Assembly: GCA_951406725.2 (NCBI GenBank)
Contig: OX597814.1
Span: forward strand, 128,712,001 to 128,776,000
Source: Octopus vulgaris
Taxonomy: Eukaryota
DNA: 64,000 nt
Direction: 5' to 3'
This document shows positions 49,400 to 63,346 of this stretch, in pieces (the stretch's first letter is position 1; each line of letters begins with the position of its first letter). Below the pieces are notes generated by a model. It saw only the letters and a program-made list of their open reading frames with translations. It did no database searches and was not told where the DNA came from. Position numbers and translations under genes: made by a program.

Positions 49400-50235
49400 A
49401 TGGATCTAGAAGAGCAAAATGTTTGATTGAAATTCTGTTTCAAATTGGGAGGAAAAAACCATTTACAGAGATTTCTCTAAAGCAGCAGCGAGTGACGATC
49501 ACGTTGCGAAACCATGTTGCGTAATCCATGAAAATCGTCATATGATGTGTGAATTAAGCTTCTGTAAATGCTCGTATCATGTGAGTTTAAAAGAAAAAGT
49601 GAAGGTGCTGCGTGGTGCTGCAAAACTTGTGAACAAAAGAGGATCGAGTCACAGTCAAACAGGGTTGTTTGATTTGTCGAATGTTGACGAAGGCTTTCGG
49701 AAAAGTTTGAGAACAGGTGGCGAAATGCGGGTTTGCAGGGAACGGTATAGAAACAAAAAGTAGTCGTTACACTGGGTTGTGTTCATCGCTGTCATGACCA
49801 ACAATACGACATCAGAGTCGCTAAAATGTGAAAGTAATGTTGATTGTCATTTTTGATTGACTAAAATTCTCTAAAATTTCATTCTTTAAAGATTCGTGAC
49901 TTTTTAATTTTTATTTTACCGCAAAAATGATTATGATGTGCGTAATTAAAATGAAGCAGGGCACCTGTGTAGAAAATTTCCCGAAAATTAGACCTGGTTT
50001 GTCAAATTGAAAAAAAATCTGAAGGGCGTCATTGTTTATCATCACTTTGTTTCACGTAGTCAGACGATCAATAAAGAGTTTTACTTATAAGTTCTGAGGC
50101 ATTTGAGTGAATGAATGCGAAAGAAGAGAACTGTGGCACGGACGAACAAAACCTGGATGTAGCACTATGACAGCACGCTTGCATACGAGTCATTTCCTAT
50201 AATCGTGACTTTATGGCAAAGAATTAGATGACTTT
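49400..50235 (+). mobile_element. Highly degenerate mariner transposase relic
   Basis: KFCFKLG N-terminal motif; QTINKEFYL*VLRHL; WM*HYDSTLAY corresponds to W.LHHDNAPAH. Confidence 0.7.
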
Positions 50236-51958
50236 CGTTTATATGCATATATGTATATATATATATATATATATATAATACTGGGAGTAGCTTACCAATA
50301 ATTGATAAAGCCATTTTGAAGGAGACAAACCTGATTAGACTGTATGTTGAGCAATAAATTTGCTTTTAAAATGTCCGGTTTTTCTTTCGGATAGATTTGT
50401 GTGTTTGTTTATGTATGTGTGCATGTATGTATGTATGTATGTATGCGGGGAGGGGTGTCTAGAAAAAGAGAGAAAATAGAGAAGATATTTCTCTTCCATA
50501 TTCTTTCCCTCCTTCATATAGGAAATTCAAGCTGGGAGAATAATTAAATGATTCTTCGGGGCTTTCTTATAAAGGCGAAGTTTCTTTGAACTAAATGAAA
50601 TTTTGGAATTTAATTAATATTTCATCGTTTAATATTTAATAAGAAAAACAAAGAATCTACTCACCCGCCACCAAAAAAAAAAAAAAAAGAATCATTAATT
50701 TTTTTTCTTTATCGTTTATACGAAAAAAAATTACATTCTGTTTTGAAGATTTAAGGAGAAAATGATTAAACGCTATGTGGAACACTCAATTTATTTGAAC
50801 TAAAGAGAAAGCCTCTAAACGGCCACTCGCTTTCCTAGAAATAACAACCAAATCTCCTTCAAATCACATCCCGTGTTTTCAAAAAGTACACTAAAAATGT
50901 ACAATATTTGGAATTGAATAAAAGAGAGGCTGGTTGCGAGTGAGACACTTCCGATCGTGGGTCTACTTTGGGGTTAAAAACTTGGAATTAAAAATAGCGG
51001 CAGCAGCAACAAAAAGTGTCATTTTTTTCAAAAAAAAAAAAAAAAGAACTCAGACGAATCCCTAAAAGCAAATCCATAAAAAAAGAGGGGATGACTGGTT
51101 AGAACGTCTTTGAACAAATGTCTGCTCAATTAGGTCTAACCTAGGGTTAAATAATAGCAGCCAGCATGGGAACCTTTACATCGTTGTTGAACATGCTAGA
51201 AATAGCATCCAAACCATGATCGCAAGTTGTCTACTGTCTTAAAAAGAACACAAAGTGCCGTCATGGTTGGAAAGCCTTTAAATCACAGGTCTCCTTCATC
51301 AGCGTTGTCCTGGGACTGAACAATTCCAGCAACAGTTAATTTATTTCAATAAATCAACCAATTATTAATGGCTTAGTTGTTAGTAATTGATTTGATTGAG
51401 GTAATTTGTCGGTGAGACGACATTGTAAGCAATTTCCCATTCCATTTTCTTGTCAGCGTTGGAGCGAATTCGTTTTATTTACATCAATCACATGTACCCT
51501 CGAGAAACATCACCGAGTTTTATTTCACTCATTATATCAGTCGACGAGAGAGGATTGGACAATCTTTTTACTATCAGAACTGTATATCGGATAGTTTGGG
51601 AGTGTTTACGTGCTGAGAAGAAAAAAAAATCTCTAATTCTATAAATCCATTGGAATATCAACTTATATTAAATTACTGTTATGGTCTGAGATTTTACAGA
51701 CTTCATTTGCGGCTGGTTTCAAATTTGAATGCAGGCGGAATGGTAGTAAAATCCTCCTAATGCAGAGCTTCGCAATCTTTTTTTTTTCTTTTAGTTCTCG
51801 ACGCATTGGAGATTAAATAGAAATTACAGGCGTACTTAATATGGAAAGTTTTAAAAAATGAACTATACATAAAAATTTAAAATCCATAAGCAGAAAAAGA
51901 AAACCAGAAAAAATATTGGCTATTTTGTTTTATTGCTTACTCTACAACCATTAATAAT

Positions 51959-52558
51959 TCTTTCTACTATAGGCACAAGGCCTGAAATTTGGGGGAGAGG
52001 CATAGTCGATTACATCGACCCCAGTACTCGACTGGTACTTATTTTACTGACCCCAAAACAGATGAAACGTAAAATCGACCTTGGCGGAATTTCATTTTAG
52101 ATCGTAATGACAAACGAAATACTGTTAAGCATTTCGTCCGGCGTGCTAACGATTCTTATTTCTTTATTGCCCACAAGGGGCTAAACATAAAGGGGACAAA
52201 GGGATTAAGTCGATTATATCGACCCCAGCGCGTAACTGGTACTTATTTAATCAACCCCGAAAGGATGAAAGGCAGAGTCGACCTCGGCGGAATTTGAACT
52301 CAGAACGTAGCGGCAGACGAAATACCTATTTCTTTGCTACCCACAAAGGGCTAAACAAAGAGGGGACAAACAAGGACAGACAAACAGATTAAGTCGATTA
52401 CATCGACCCCAGTGCGTAACTGGTACTTAATTTATCGACCCCGAAAGGATGAAAGGCAAAGTCGACCTTGGCGGAATTTGAACTCGGAACGTAGAGGCAG
52501 ACGAAATACGGCTACGTATTTCGCCCGGCGTGCAAACGTTTCTGCCAGCTCATTGCTT
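51959..52558 (-). mobile_element. Three-unit SINE family B array
   Basis: Junctions at 52156 (gctaacgattct|tatttcttt) and 52326 (gaaatacc|tatttcttt). Confidence 0.9.
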
Positions 52559-52559
52559 T

Positions 52560-53170
52560 ACCTCCGGCCATTAAAAATGGTTCTCAAAAGTCTTAAATAT
52601 TACCTTAAAAAATCTCCAGAAGAAATAGTACATGCTGGACATTATTGTCCAAGTTATAATATGCCTGACAAATAGATACAAAATACAAGTTAAAAATAAA
52701 AAAATAAATGAAATAAAAACAAAACTGTCGTAGCTGAACTGCCTTTGACCGTAGGTCTCGCAGATCAGTGCCACGCTGGAACTAGTCACTGGTCACCGCA
52801 GTCATGTCCACACATGGCCGCCGCGTAGGAGGTCCACTCGACGGCACTGTCCCCTCACTATTCAATGGTGCATTCTCAGATTTACTTCATTTTAGCATTA
52901 GTACAAATTAGTACCCACCCAGAATATTCTGAAGACCCCCCCCACGCCCCATACACCAAAATCTGGCGACGGGCCTGTGTCTGCAGGATGCGGTCGAACA
53001 CGCCATTTGTTCTGGGATGTATTCCCTACCGCCATATTTTGCTGCACACCCCACCACATTTTTTCTTTCTTTTTGTCTCCTTGTAATAAAATTGTGATTC
53101 TTTATGTAAATAAAACAAATTTTGATTAACAATGTAATAAATCAAAAAAAAAAAAAGAAGAAAAGAAAAG
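52560..53170 (+). mobile_element. Probable LINE 3' end (ORF end, 3' UTR, AATAAA, poly-A)
   Basis: GC-richer UTR-like block ending aataaatc-A13; weak CR1-group-like C-terminus. Confidence 0.4.
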
Positions 53171-53829
53171 AAAAAACGAAAAATTGGAAAAAGTAGCACG
53201 CTGCTAAAATTGTCGTACTTATTTCACTAGACATCAACAATAGTCGGAAATGTGTCTTTGTAAATCAACATAATTGTTTTTTTCTTCCATCCTGCATGCA
53301 TGCTTGCGATTTATGCTGATTTATTGTGGACATAGTTATTCATATAAGGCGTTGTCGTAGTATGGAAGGGGAAATGAGATTGTATGACATTCGTGTTTTT
53401 TTTTCCAGCAAGTCTAAATAAAATAACATGTTACAACCATTTTAAGTGAGAATGTCACGAGCCAACGCGGAAGCCTCAGAGTGGTCGTGCGATCTCTTAA
53501 AAAGCGAACCAAATCTCATTCGTGTCACTCAACCTCTGCAGCAGCGGTCCTCAGTTTTACTTCGTTTTACACTGGAGACGAAAGATATAAATTTACTGGT
53601 ATGCTTCGTATGGAAAGTTTAAAATCATCGTTCCAGAGTATGAAATATTGAAAATTATCTAGTTTTATTGATATTACGTAATAAAATTTTGAATCGTATA
53701 TGTAGGCTTGACTATATAGTTAAGAAATTCACTTTGGGTCTAATAGTACTGGGTTTGGTTCCACTGAGCGGTACCTCGAGCAAGTTTATTCTACTAAAAG
53801 CCGGGCAATAGCCCCGGAAAAACTGATTC

Positions 53830-54169
53830 TTTGTTTCTGACAAAGACACAAGGCTCCATCTTTGGGATGTAGTTAACACATGCAAATGCACATTTGGAAC
53901 TTGAGAAAAGTCTTGCATATTTTTATTGTTCCACTCACAGATTGCACTTGTAATGTACGAATTAGCCAGTCGATTTCTCTTTCTGAAAATCCCAGTTTAT
54001 CCAGATTCTCCTTTAAGCGTTTACTAACAAGACCTAGTGCTCCAATTATTATTGGTATGAATATGAATTCGTAGTCTGGATATAGAAGCTGGAGGTTTCG
54101 AAGCAGTTGTACATAGATATCCTCTTTTCCTTTGATTTTTCAAAGAGATATTTATATCTGCTGGGCAGT
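53830..54169 (-). mobile_element. R4/Dong-clade LINE 3' fragment
   Basis: Close reverse-complement match to 24055-24390; 5' junction runs into (TATG)n. Confidence 0.85.
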
Positions 54170-54864
54170 TATGTATGTATGTATGTATGTATGTATGTAT
54201 GTATGTATGTATGTATGTATGTATGTATGTATGTATGTATGTATAGTTTGATTATAGTAAATAATTCAATGCAATTCATTGGAGTAATTATTTTGGTAAA
54301 ATTAAAGAAGTGAAACTGGAAGGTGTGCATACACTATTTGCATGTATGTATGTATGTATGTATGTATGTATGTATGTATGTATGTATGTATGTATGTACG
54401 TATGTGCACTTATATATTACAAACACATACACAGCCACACACACTCAAACACACACACACGCACATATATGCATGCATACTTACATATATATATACCTAC
54501 ACACCACACACAATCATCTTATCTTCAGGAAACTATTATAGTTCTTCAGTTGATAACCATAATGACTTTTTTAGGAGGTGTGGGGGTGATTAAATATATA
54601 TATCAACTATTACTTGAAAGAACGTGTTCACTATGCACGCTTTCTCCATAAGCACGCAAACACACACACGCACGCATGCACACACACCGTCTCTCTCTCT
54701 CTCTCCCTTTCATTTCTTCTCCCTCTCACACAAGCACGTTTTAAATACACAAACCCGTTACTCGGAAGAAGACTGCACCTTAAATAACATACTTTGATTC
54801 ACACATGGACCTGTGTGCATGCGCATACGTATATGAGTGTGTTTGCGCATAATTAATGTGATGT

Positions 54865-54921
<57 letters not shown>

Positions 54922-55409
54922 AAACAGTGGTGGTGATGGTGGTGGTGAAATATGTGTAGACAATTCAATGCTGTATGTCTGATTAATTACTTAACAGAGA
55001 AGTTTTATTGCGAATAGTCTGACGCCACAGCGAGCAAGGGCTCTTCTTGTCGAAAGCTTTGCCTTTGAAGGTATGTACGTGTACGTTGTGTTCATGTACG
55101 TGTGTACATCTGGAGATAATATAACATATATACCACATCTACACGCATAATACATATATATACGACGTCAGAGAATAAATGCTATCTTGGTTTTTATCTC
55201 AGACGTTGATAGTTTTGCTAAATTAAGCAACACTGTGAGTTCGGAAGACACACTTGTCCCACCATCACCGTCACACACATACAAGTAAAAAGACCAAAAC
55301 AAAACAATTTGGGAGACTAATGAGGGAACTTCTACGTGCTCGCTTGATCTACTAGAAATAGCAGCGAAATTTCCCTCAAACCACGCAGTAAAAATAATAA
55401 ATGCGCCCT

Positions 55410-55647
55410 TTTAAAGCTTAGCCAGGCTCATAGGCCCGGTTTCCCGGTTTCAATGGCGTATGTGTTCCCCAGCTGGACGTGACGCCAGTCCATCGAAGCG
55501 TTACTCATTTTTGCCAGCTGAGTGGACTGGAGCAACGTGAAATGAAGTGTTTTGCTCAAGAGCACAACGCGTCGCCCGGTCCAGGAATCGAAACCACAAT
55601 CTTACGATTATGGTGCTGACACCCTAACCACTAAGCCACGCGCCTCC
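55410..55647 (-). mobile_element. tRNA-derived CORE-type SINE (family C)
   Basis: Head ggaggcgcgtggcttagtggttagg...ggtttcgattcc; CORE-like tgtgctcttgagcaaaacacttc. Confidence 0.85.
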
Positions 55648-55903
55648 ACCGAACCACACAATACCATTTTGAAAAAGAGAAGGACATTTTGATGATGTAG
55701 TTCCTGAAAACATTCTCTGAAAAAAAAAATGAGATGGTCTTGGCTGGAGCGCTTTAATCATAGGTCTGCTAGATCAGAGCTGATCTGCAAGTTAAACAAC
55801 AACGACAATGTCGATACTAACAAACAAAACCAGCAGCAGAAGCAGCGGCAACAATGACAACGATGACGGAGCCGCCAACAGTAACTTCGCAAACAGCAGC
55901 AAT

Positions 55904-56272
55904 GGATGGAAGCACTCCGTCGGTTACAACGACGAGGGTTCCGGTTGATCCGAATCAACGGAACAGCCTGCTCGTGAAATTAACGTGTAAGTGGCTGAGC
56001 ACTCCACAGACACGTGTACCCTTAACGTAATTCTCGGGGATATTCGGCGTGACACAGAGAGTGAAATACAGGTACAACAGAAACAGGAAGTAAGAGTGAG
56101 AGAAAGTTGTGGTGAAAGAGTACAGCAGGGATCACCACCATCCCCTGCCGGAGCCTCGTGGAGCTTTAGGTGTTTTCGCTCAATAAACACTCACAACGCC
56201 CGGTCTGGGAATCGAAACCGCGATCCTATGACCGCAAGTCCGCTGCCCTAACCACTGGGCCATTGCGCCTCC
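55904..56272 (-). mobile_element. tRNA-derived SINE (family D), full length
   Basis: Head ggaggcgcaatggcccagtggttagg...ggtttcgattccc; 13 bp TSD aaacagcagcaat at 55891-55903 / 56273-56285. Confidence 0.88.
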
Positions 56273-56304
56273 AAACAGCAGCAATAACAACTACGTCAAC
56301 AATA

Positions 56305-56467
56305 TCGGTTTCAAATTTTGGCACAAGGCCAGAAATTTTGGGTAGGGATTAAGTCAATTAATCCAGTGCTCGGCTGGTATTTATTTTATCGACCAAGAAA
56401 GGATGGGAGGCAAAGTCGACCTCAACGGAATTCCCGGCGCAGTAACGATTCTGACAGCTCGCCGACT
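56305..56467 (-). mobile_element. SINE family B, internally deleted
   Basis: Similar to other B copies. Confidence 0.7.
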
Positions 56468-56887
56468 TAGCAACACCATCACAATACCAACAGCTGTATC
56501 ACAGATGACTGGACTTGGGCTAAGAGAACAGGAGTTAAAGCAGCAAGCGAGCCCAGTATGCGAGCATATTCCACTTCCTGTTTCAATTAGTTCCCACATC
56601 ATGTCTGTTACAAGTAGATATCACTCAAATTGCAAAATCTTCCTTTGTCTCTACTTAATTTTATTTGCACCTTTCCCCCGGATTAAACAGCTAACTCTGA
56701 ATGGATTTTAGCATAAGTTCTGCCGCAAATGTCATCAACAAAGTATCAAGAAAGTGACATATGAATGTATAACAGAAAAACAACATCGAAACACAAATAT
56801 ATAAAGTTTGCGGTCACAGCTTCAATTCTTTTTACATGTTAAACAAATGGGCATATAAATGGGACGGAGTGTGCGCGCAATTATGTA

Positions 56888-56918
<31 letters not shown>

Positions 56919-56936
56919 ATGTATGTATGTATGTAC

Positions 56937-56967
<31 letters not shown>

Positions 56968-56983
56968 TGTATGTATGTATGTA

Positions 56984-57112
56984 TCTTCTATTTTTAATTA
57001 TTATAAATCTTCCATTGATGAGGGAACCGATTTCCAACAAAAATACAAGGCTCCATTTTGGGGATGTAGTTAACACAAAGAAATACACATTTGGAACTTG
57101 AGAAAAGTATTG
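56984..57112 (-). mobile_element. R4/Dong-clade LINE 3' UTR fragment in (TATG)n
   Basis: Reverse-complement match to 24310-24437. Confidence 0.82.
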
Positions 57113-57127
57113 CATGTATGTATTATT

Positions 57128-57335
57128 TTATTTGTTTCAGTCATTTGATTGCGGCCATGCTGGAGCACCGCCTTTAGTCGAGCAAATCAACTCCAGGACT
57201 TATTCTTTGTAAGCCTAGTACTTATTCTATCAGACTCTCTTGCCGAACCGCTAAGTTACGGGGACGTAAACACTCTAGCATCGGTTGTCAAGCGATGTTG
57301 GGGGACAAACACAGGCACACAAACATACACACACA

Positions 57336-57372
<37 letters not shown>

Positions 57373-57547
57373 ACATATATATATATATACGACAGGCTTC
57401 TTTCAGTTTCCGTCTACCAAATCCACTTACAAGGCTTTGGTCGGCCCGAGGCTATAGTAGAAGACACTTGCCCAAGGTGCCACGGAGTGGGACTGAACCC
57501 GGAACCATGTGGTTGGTAAACAAGCTTCTTACCACAGAGCCACTCCT
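57128..57547 (-). mobile_element. SINE family A, full length
   Basis: Reverse complement of 379-815. Confidence 0.9.
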
Positions 57548-57586
57548 GTATGTATGTATGTATGTATGTATGTATGTATGTATGTA

Positions 57587-57619
<33 letters not shown>

Positions 57620-57620
57620 A

Positions 57621-57679
<59 letters not shown>

Positions 57680-58046
57680 ATGTATGTGTGTATGTATGTG
57701 TGTATGCTGAAGGCATATGAATTTTGGCGGTTTCAATGGGGAAAGCAATGCTTGTCATCACCACTAATGAAGAAAACAAAGAAAGAATGGAGTGGGTAAT
57801 TTCGAAGAACACATTTTTCATGCAGAATTTAAGCGAGCTGCATGAAAGCGCTTCGCCAATGTAGTGAATGCAAACCACAGATGTAGAGTATAAATTTTGT
57901 CTTAAGACACCATGTTCTTAATGGTCAGTGATGGTCTTCCTCGTTTACGGGTGGAAAGCTATCAAGTAATATACGTACGTAAGAACATATAACATAAATA
58001 TGAGTTTATCGTAATTCCTTTTTCTCTTTATCTGTATATTATTTAC

Positions 58047-58542
<496 letters not shown>

Positions 58543-58944
58543 GTGTGTGTGTGTATGTATACGTGTGTGCGCGCGCACAGCTGTACACATATGCTTGTGT
58601 ATGTATGCTTAAATAGATATGTAGATGTTTATATAGGTATGCACCAAAGTATGTGCATATATGTATAAGTGTATATGTGGGTGTATGTATACACACACAC
58701 GTATGCATACATAAATGCATATATGTAGACATCTGCATGTGGATACACATGTTTTCGTTCATGTACGTGCTTGCCTATATTTTTGTGTATCACTGTATAC
58801 ACACAGACACACATATACAATGTATGTGCGTATCAACGTATGTATATTAACGACTATTTATATGCGCATGTACATATTCATGCATGTGCATATAACCACA
58901 CGCGCACGTTTATGTACAACCAAGTATGTATGTGTTTGTTACAT

Positions 58945-59140
58945 ATCCTTTCTCCTATAGGTACAAGACTCGAAATTTGAGGAGGTGGACTAGTGAATAT
59001 TCAACTGGTACTTCTTTTATCAATCCCGAATGAAAGGCAAAGTGGACCTCAACGTAATTTGAAATCCGGACTCAAAAGTCGGATGAAACGCCGCTGAGCA
59101 TTTTATCTCGGGTGCTAACGATTGTGTCAGCTCGCAGCCA
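58945..59140 (-). mobile_element. SINE family B, degenerate
   Basis: Similar to other B copies. Confidence 0.7.
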
Positions 59141-59167
59141 TTGTACTTGTTATATATACTGATATAT

Positions 59168-59750
59168 ATTTTCTACTCTAAGCACAAGGCCCGAAATTTT
59201 TGGGAAGGGGGCCAGTCGATTAGATCAACCCCAGTACGCAACTGGTACTTAATTTATCGACCCTGAAATGATGAAAGGTAAAGTCGACCTCGGCGGAATT
59301 TGAACTCAGAACATAAAGACAGACGAAATACCTATTTCTTTACTACCCACAAGGGCTAAACACAGAGAGGACAAACAAGGACTCCAGTGCGTAACTGGTA
59401 CTTATTTAATCGACCTAGAAAGGATGAAAGGTAAAGTCAACCTCGGCGGAATTTGAACTCAGAACGTAACGGCAGACGAAATACCGCTAAGCATTTCGCC
59501 TGGCGTGCTAACGTTTCTTATTTCTTTACTGCCCACAAGGGGCTAAACACAGAGAAGACAAACAAAGACAGACAAAATGATTAATTCGATTACAACGACC
59601 CCACTATGTAACCGGTACTTAATTTATGGACCCCGAAAGGATGAAAGGCAAAGTCGACCTCAGCGGAATTTGAACTCAGAACGTAACAGCAGACGAAATA
59701 ACGCTAAGCACTTCACCCGGCGTGCTAACGTTTCTGCCAGCTCGCCCTCA
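59168..59750 (-). mobile_element. Three-unit SINE family B array
   Basis: Junctions at 59332 and 59518; 17 bp TSD tatatatactgatatat at 59151-59167 / 59751-59767. Confidence 0.9.
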
Positions 59751-60143
59751 TATATATACTGATATATTGATGAAGGACTCTATGTAAGTCTGTATACTTA
59801 TTCGTACGTTTGTATGCACGCATGCAGGCGCGCGTGCGTACGTCAGGCAGTGAACTGGCAAAGTCATTAGAGCGTCGGATAGAATACCTTGCGGTTATGT
59901 TCCGGCTCTTTACTCTCTGACGGCAACGCCTACGACACCATATTGGCCTCGGCTTACTCTTGGAAAATATCGGTGAGGTCGGGATCAGAGACTTGCATGC
60001 ATGGCCAACTGCTGCTCTTCCATGAAACCATTATCAAGGCCTGCGCCTTGGAGAGGAAATATCCGCTACAGATTCAGTCTCAAGAGACATACAGAATCTT
60101 CATACATACATACATACATACATACATACATACATACAAACAT

Positions 60144-60174
<31 letters not shown>

Positions 60175-60175
60175 T

Positions 60176-60217
<42 letters not shown>

Positions 60218-60291
60218 CTACAGACAGACATACATACTTTTATGTATGAGTATGAATATGTCTATGTAGATATATACGTGTACACAGTTAT

Positions 60292-60556
60292 GTGTGTGTG
60301 TGTCTATGTGGGTCTATGTGTATGTGTCTATGTGGGTCTATGTCTGTGTGGGTCTATGTTTGTGTGTCTATGTGGGTCCATGTGTGTGTGTCTATGTGGG
60401 TCTGTGTGAGTGTGTCTATGTGGGTCTGTGTGTGTGTGTCTATGTGGGTCTATGTGTGTGTGTCTATGTGGATCTGTGTGTGTGTGTGTGTGTATCTATG
60501 TAGATCTCTGTGTGTGTGTCTATGTGGGTCTGTGTGCGCGTCTATGTGGGTCTGTG
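60292..60556. repeat. Minisatellite of (TG)n + TCTATGTGGGTC units
   Basis: About ten units of 18-26 bp. Confidence 0.9.
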
Positions 60557-60665
60557 TGAGCGTGTCTGTGTATGTGAGTGTGTATTTATTTATGTCTATG
60601 TCTGTCTGTCTCTCTGCCTATCTATTGTGTTTGTATGTGTGTGTTTGTGTATGTGAATATGTATG

Positions 60666-61045
60666 CCATTTCCATTGATTATTTGCATTCCTCCTTTAAG
60701 GAAGGAGTTTGTTTCTAACAAAGTCCCATTGCTGGGAGCTTACGCATAAAAGTGTATGCAACCCAATTTTTCTCCTTTGCCTGAAAATCTTAACTTTTGC
60801 AGATTGTCGCTAGCCAAACGTACAATGATTATTGGAATATAAGTGAATTCACTCCCAGAGTGCATATGCTGTATGCTTCGAAGCAGTCGTCCTTTTCCTT
60901 CTTGTTCATATGGAAGAAAGGTTCACATCTTCTGGACAGCTGACTTCTATTATTGCGTACGAATTTTCTTTCCTGTCTCAAATAACTATTATCAGGCCTA
61001 TAATGTTTGCACTCGGCTCCACTTTTGATGAGATTGCTTCACTGA
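60666..61045 (-). mobile_element. R4/Dong-clade LINE 3' fragment, divergent subfamily
   Basis: IIEVSCP.DVN, GRLLRS, FTYIPIII similar to 24030-24180; tatg at both junctions. Confidence 0.7.
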
Positions 61046-61059
61046 TATGTATGTATTTG

Positions 61060-61186
<127 letters not shown>

Positions 61187-61377
61187 ACACACACTGGGCC
61201 TCCAACCAGGACTTTCGCGTGTGTCTTTATTTCTCTATCACTATATATGTTTCCCATTCTCTACCCGTATCTCTCCAATGCTCACTCTTTGGCTACCCAT
61301 TTTTTATCCCCTTTCTTTCCCTCTTTCAATCAATCCCAATCCCCAACACTTTTATCTGAATGTTTACACGCGCACAA

Positions 61378-61413
<36 letters not shown>

Positions 61414-61418
61414 GGTAT

Positions 61419-61457
<39 letters not shown>

Positions 61458-61458
61458 C

Positions 61459-61562
<104 letters not shown>

Positions 61563-61652
61563 AATAATGAGGGAGATAAATTAATATTAATTTTGATCGT
61601 TGATGATATATTTCTAGCATATGGCCGACTACCTAGCAGTCTTGCCCTGCCA

Positions 61653-61739
<87 letters not shown>

Positions 61740-61740
61740 C

Positions 61741-62037
61741 ATATTGTATAAAAGATCGTGGATAAGGCCAAAACAATGCGAAGTAAATGCAAGGTAAATC
61801 ACCAGAAAACAAATATGTGAATTACCTTGTATTCAATATTTTGGTGTTATGACCCCCTTTTCAAGAAATTGACGTATGATACCGGCAACATTCGTCAATT
61901 TCTTGAAAAGGAGGTCGTAACCCCGATATATTGAATACAAAGTAAGTCTACATTAATTCATATATTTGTTTTCTTGTGATTTACCTTGCATTTACTTCGC
62001 ATTGTTTTGGCCTTACCCACAATCTTTTATACAATAT
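61741..62037. mobile_element. Foldback (near-palindromic) MITE-like element in (TA)n
   Basis: About 140 bp arms atattgtataaaaga... / ...tcttttatacaatat, centred near 61882. Confidence 0.85.
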
Positions 62038-62479
62038 ATATATATACACACACATACATTAATGAATAAACCCCTGAAAGATAAACAACAAAACATACAA
62101 ATATACAAAGATTGTCCAGAATTGATAAATTAAAAACAATATTTGAAAGACGGGAATATAAACGAGAAATAGGTAAGACATTTTGGAGATTAATAATTTC
62201 CAGACGCAGACAGCACATTGCTATAACATATGGGTAACTCCCGACTGAATTTGTCGAGTGAAATTAACTGCAGCAGTAGTAATAATAGTGGTTATATGAT
62301 CATTGCTGTTTCGCCTCAAGTGAGCTCTGAATAGATCAATAATCAAAGGCATTCCAGCCGTGATTATCCTGCCTTATTGGTAAATATTGGACTACACTGA
62401 GCAATGTATCTTTTGTTTAAGACATAGCTTGAAAGAAATTTGGCTGCTATTTCTAATAGGTCAAAATACTAAGTACTAA

Positions 62480-62667
62480 TCCTTTCTAATAAAGGGACAA
62501 GGCTTGAAATTTTCGGTGAGAAGATTAGTCGATTACATCAACTCTAGTGTTTCACTGGAACTTATTTTATCGATACTGAAAGGATGAAAGGCATAGTCGA
62601 GGTTGGCGGACGAAATGCCGCTAAGCATTTTGTCCAGTGTGCTAACAATTCTGTCAGCTCGCCGCCT
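62480..62667 (-). mobile_element. SINE family B
   Basis: Similar to other B copies. Confidence 0.75.
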
Positions 62668-62691
62668 AAAAAAAATTTACTAAGCAGGTGC

Positions 62692-62854
62692 AGGAGTGGC
62701 TGTGTGGTAAGTAGCTTGCTTACCAACCACATGGTTCCTGGTTCAGTCCCACTGTGTGGCATCTTGGGAAAGTGTCTTCAACTGTAGCCTCGGGCCGACC
62801 CAAAGCCTTATGAGTGGATTTGGTAGACGGAAACTCGAAGAAGCCCGTCGTATA

Positions 62855-62898
<44 letters not shown>

Positions 62899-63122
62899 TG
62901 TGTGTGTATTTGTATGTCTGTGTTTGTCCCCCTAGCATTGCTTGACAACCGATGCTAGTGTGTTTATGTCCCCGTCACTTAGCGGTTCGGCAAAAGAGAC
63001 CTATAGAATAAGTACTGGGCTAACAGAGAATAAGCCCCGGGGTCGATTTGCTCGACTAAAGGCGGTGCTCCAACATGGCCGCAGTTAAATGACTGAAACA
63101 AGTAAAAGAGTAAAGAGAGAGT
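62692..63122 (+). mobile_element. SINE family A, full length
   Basis: Colinear with 379-833. Confidence 0.9.
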
Positions 63123-63134
63123 AAGTAATAATGG

Positions 63135-63346
63135 TCTAAAATTTTGCTACAAGGGCAACCATTTTAGGATAGGATATGAGTCGATTACATCGATCCCAAT
63201 GTTCAGCTGGTACTTATTTTATTGATCCCGATAGGATGAAAGGTAAAGTCGACCTCGGCGAAATTTGAACTCAGAACGTAGCGGCAGACGAAATACAGCT
63301 AAGCATTTCGCCCGGCATATTAACGGTTTTGCCAGCTCGCTGCCTT
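63135..63346 (-). mobile_element. SINE family B
   Basis: Similar to other B copies. Confidence 0.8.

Noticed and set aside
55575-56272. tRNA genes
   Set aside because: The A/B-box heads continue into SINE bodies, and one copy has a TSD; no complete cloverleaf.
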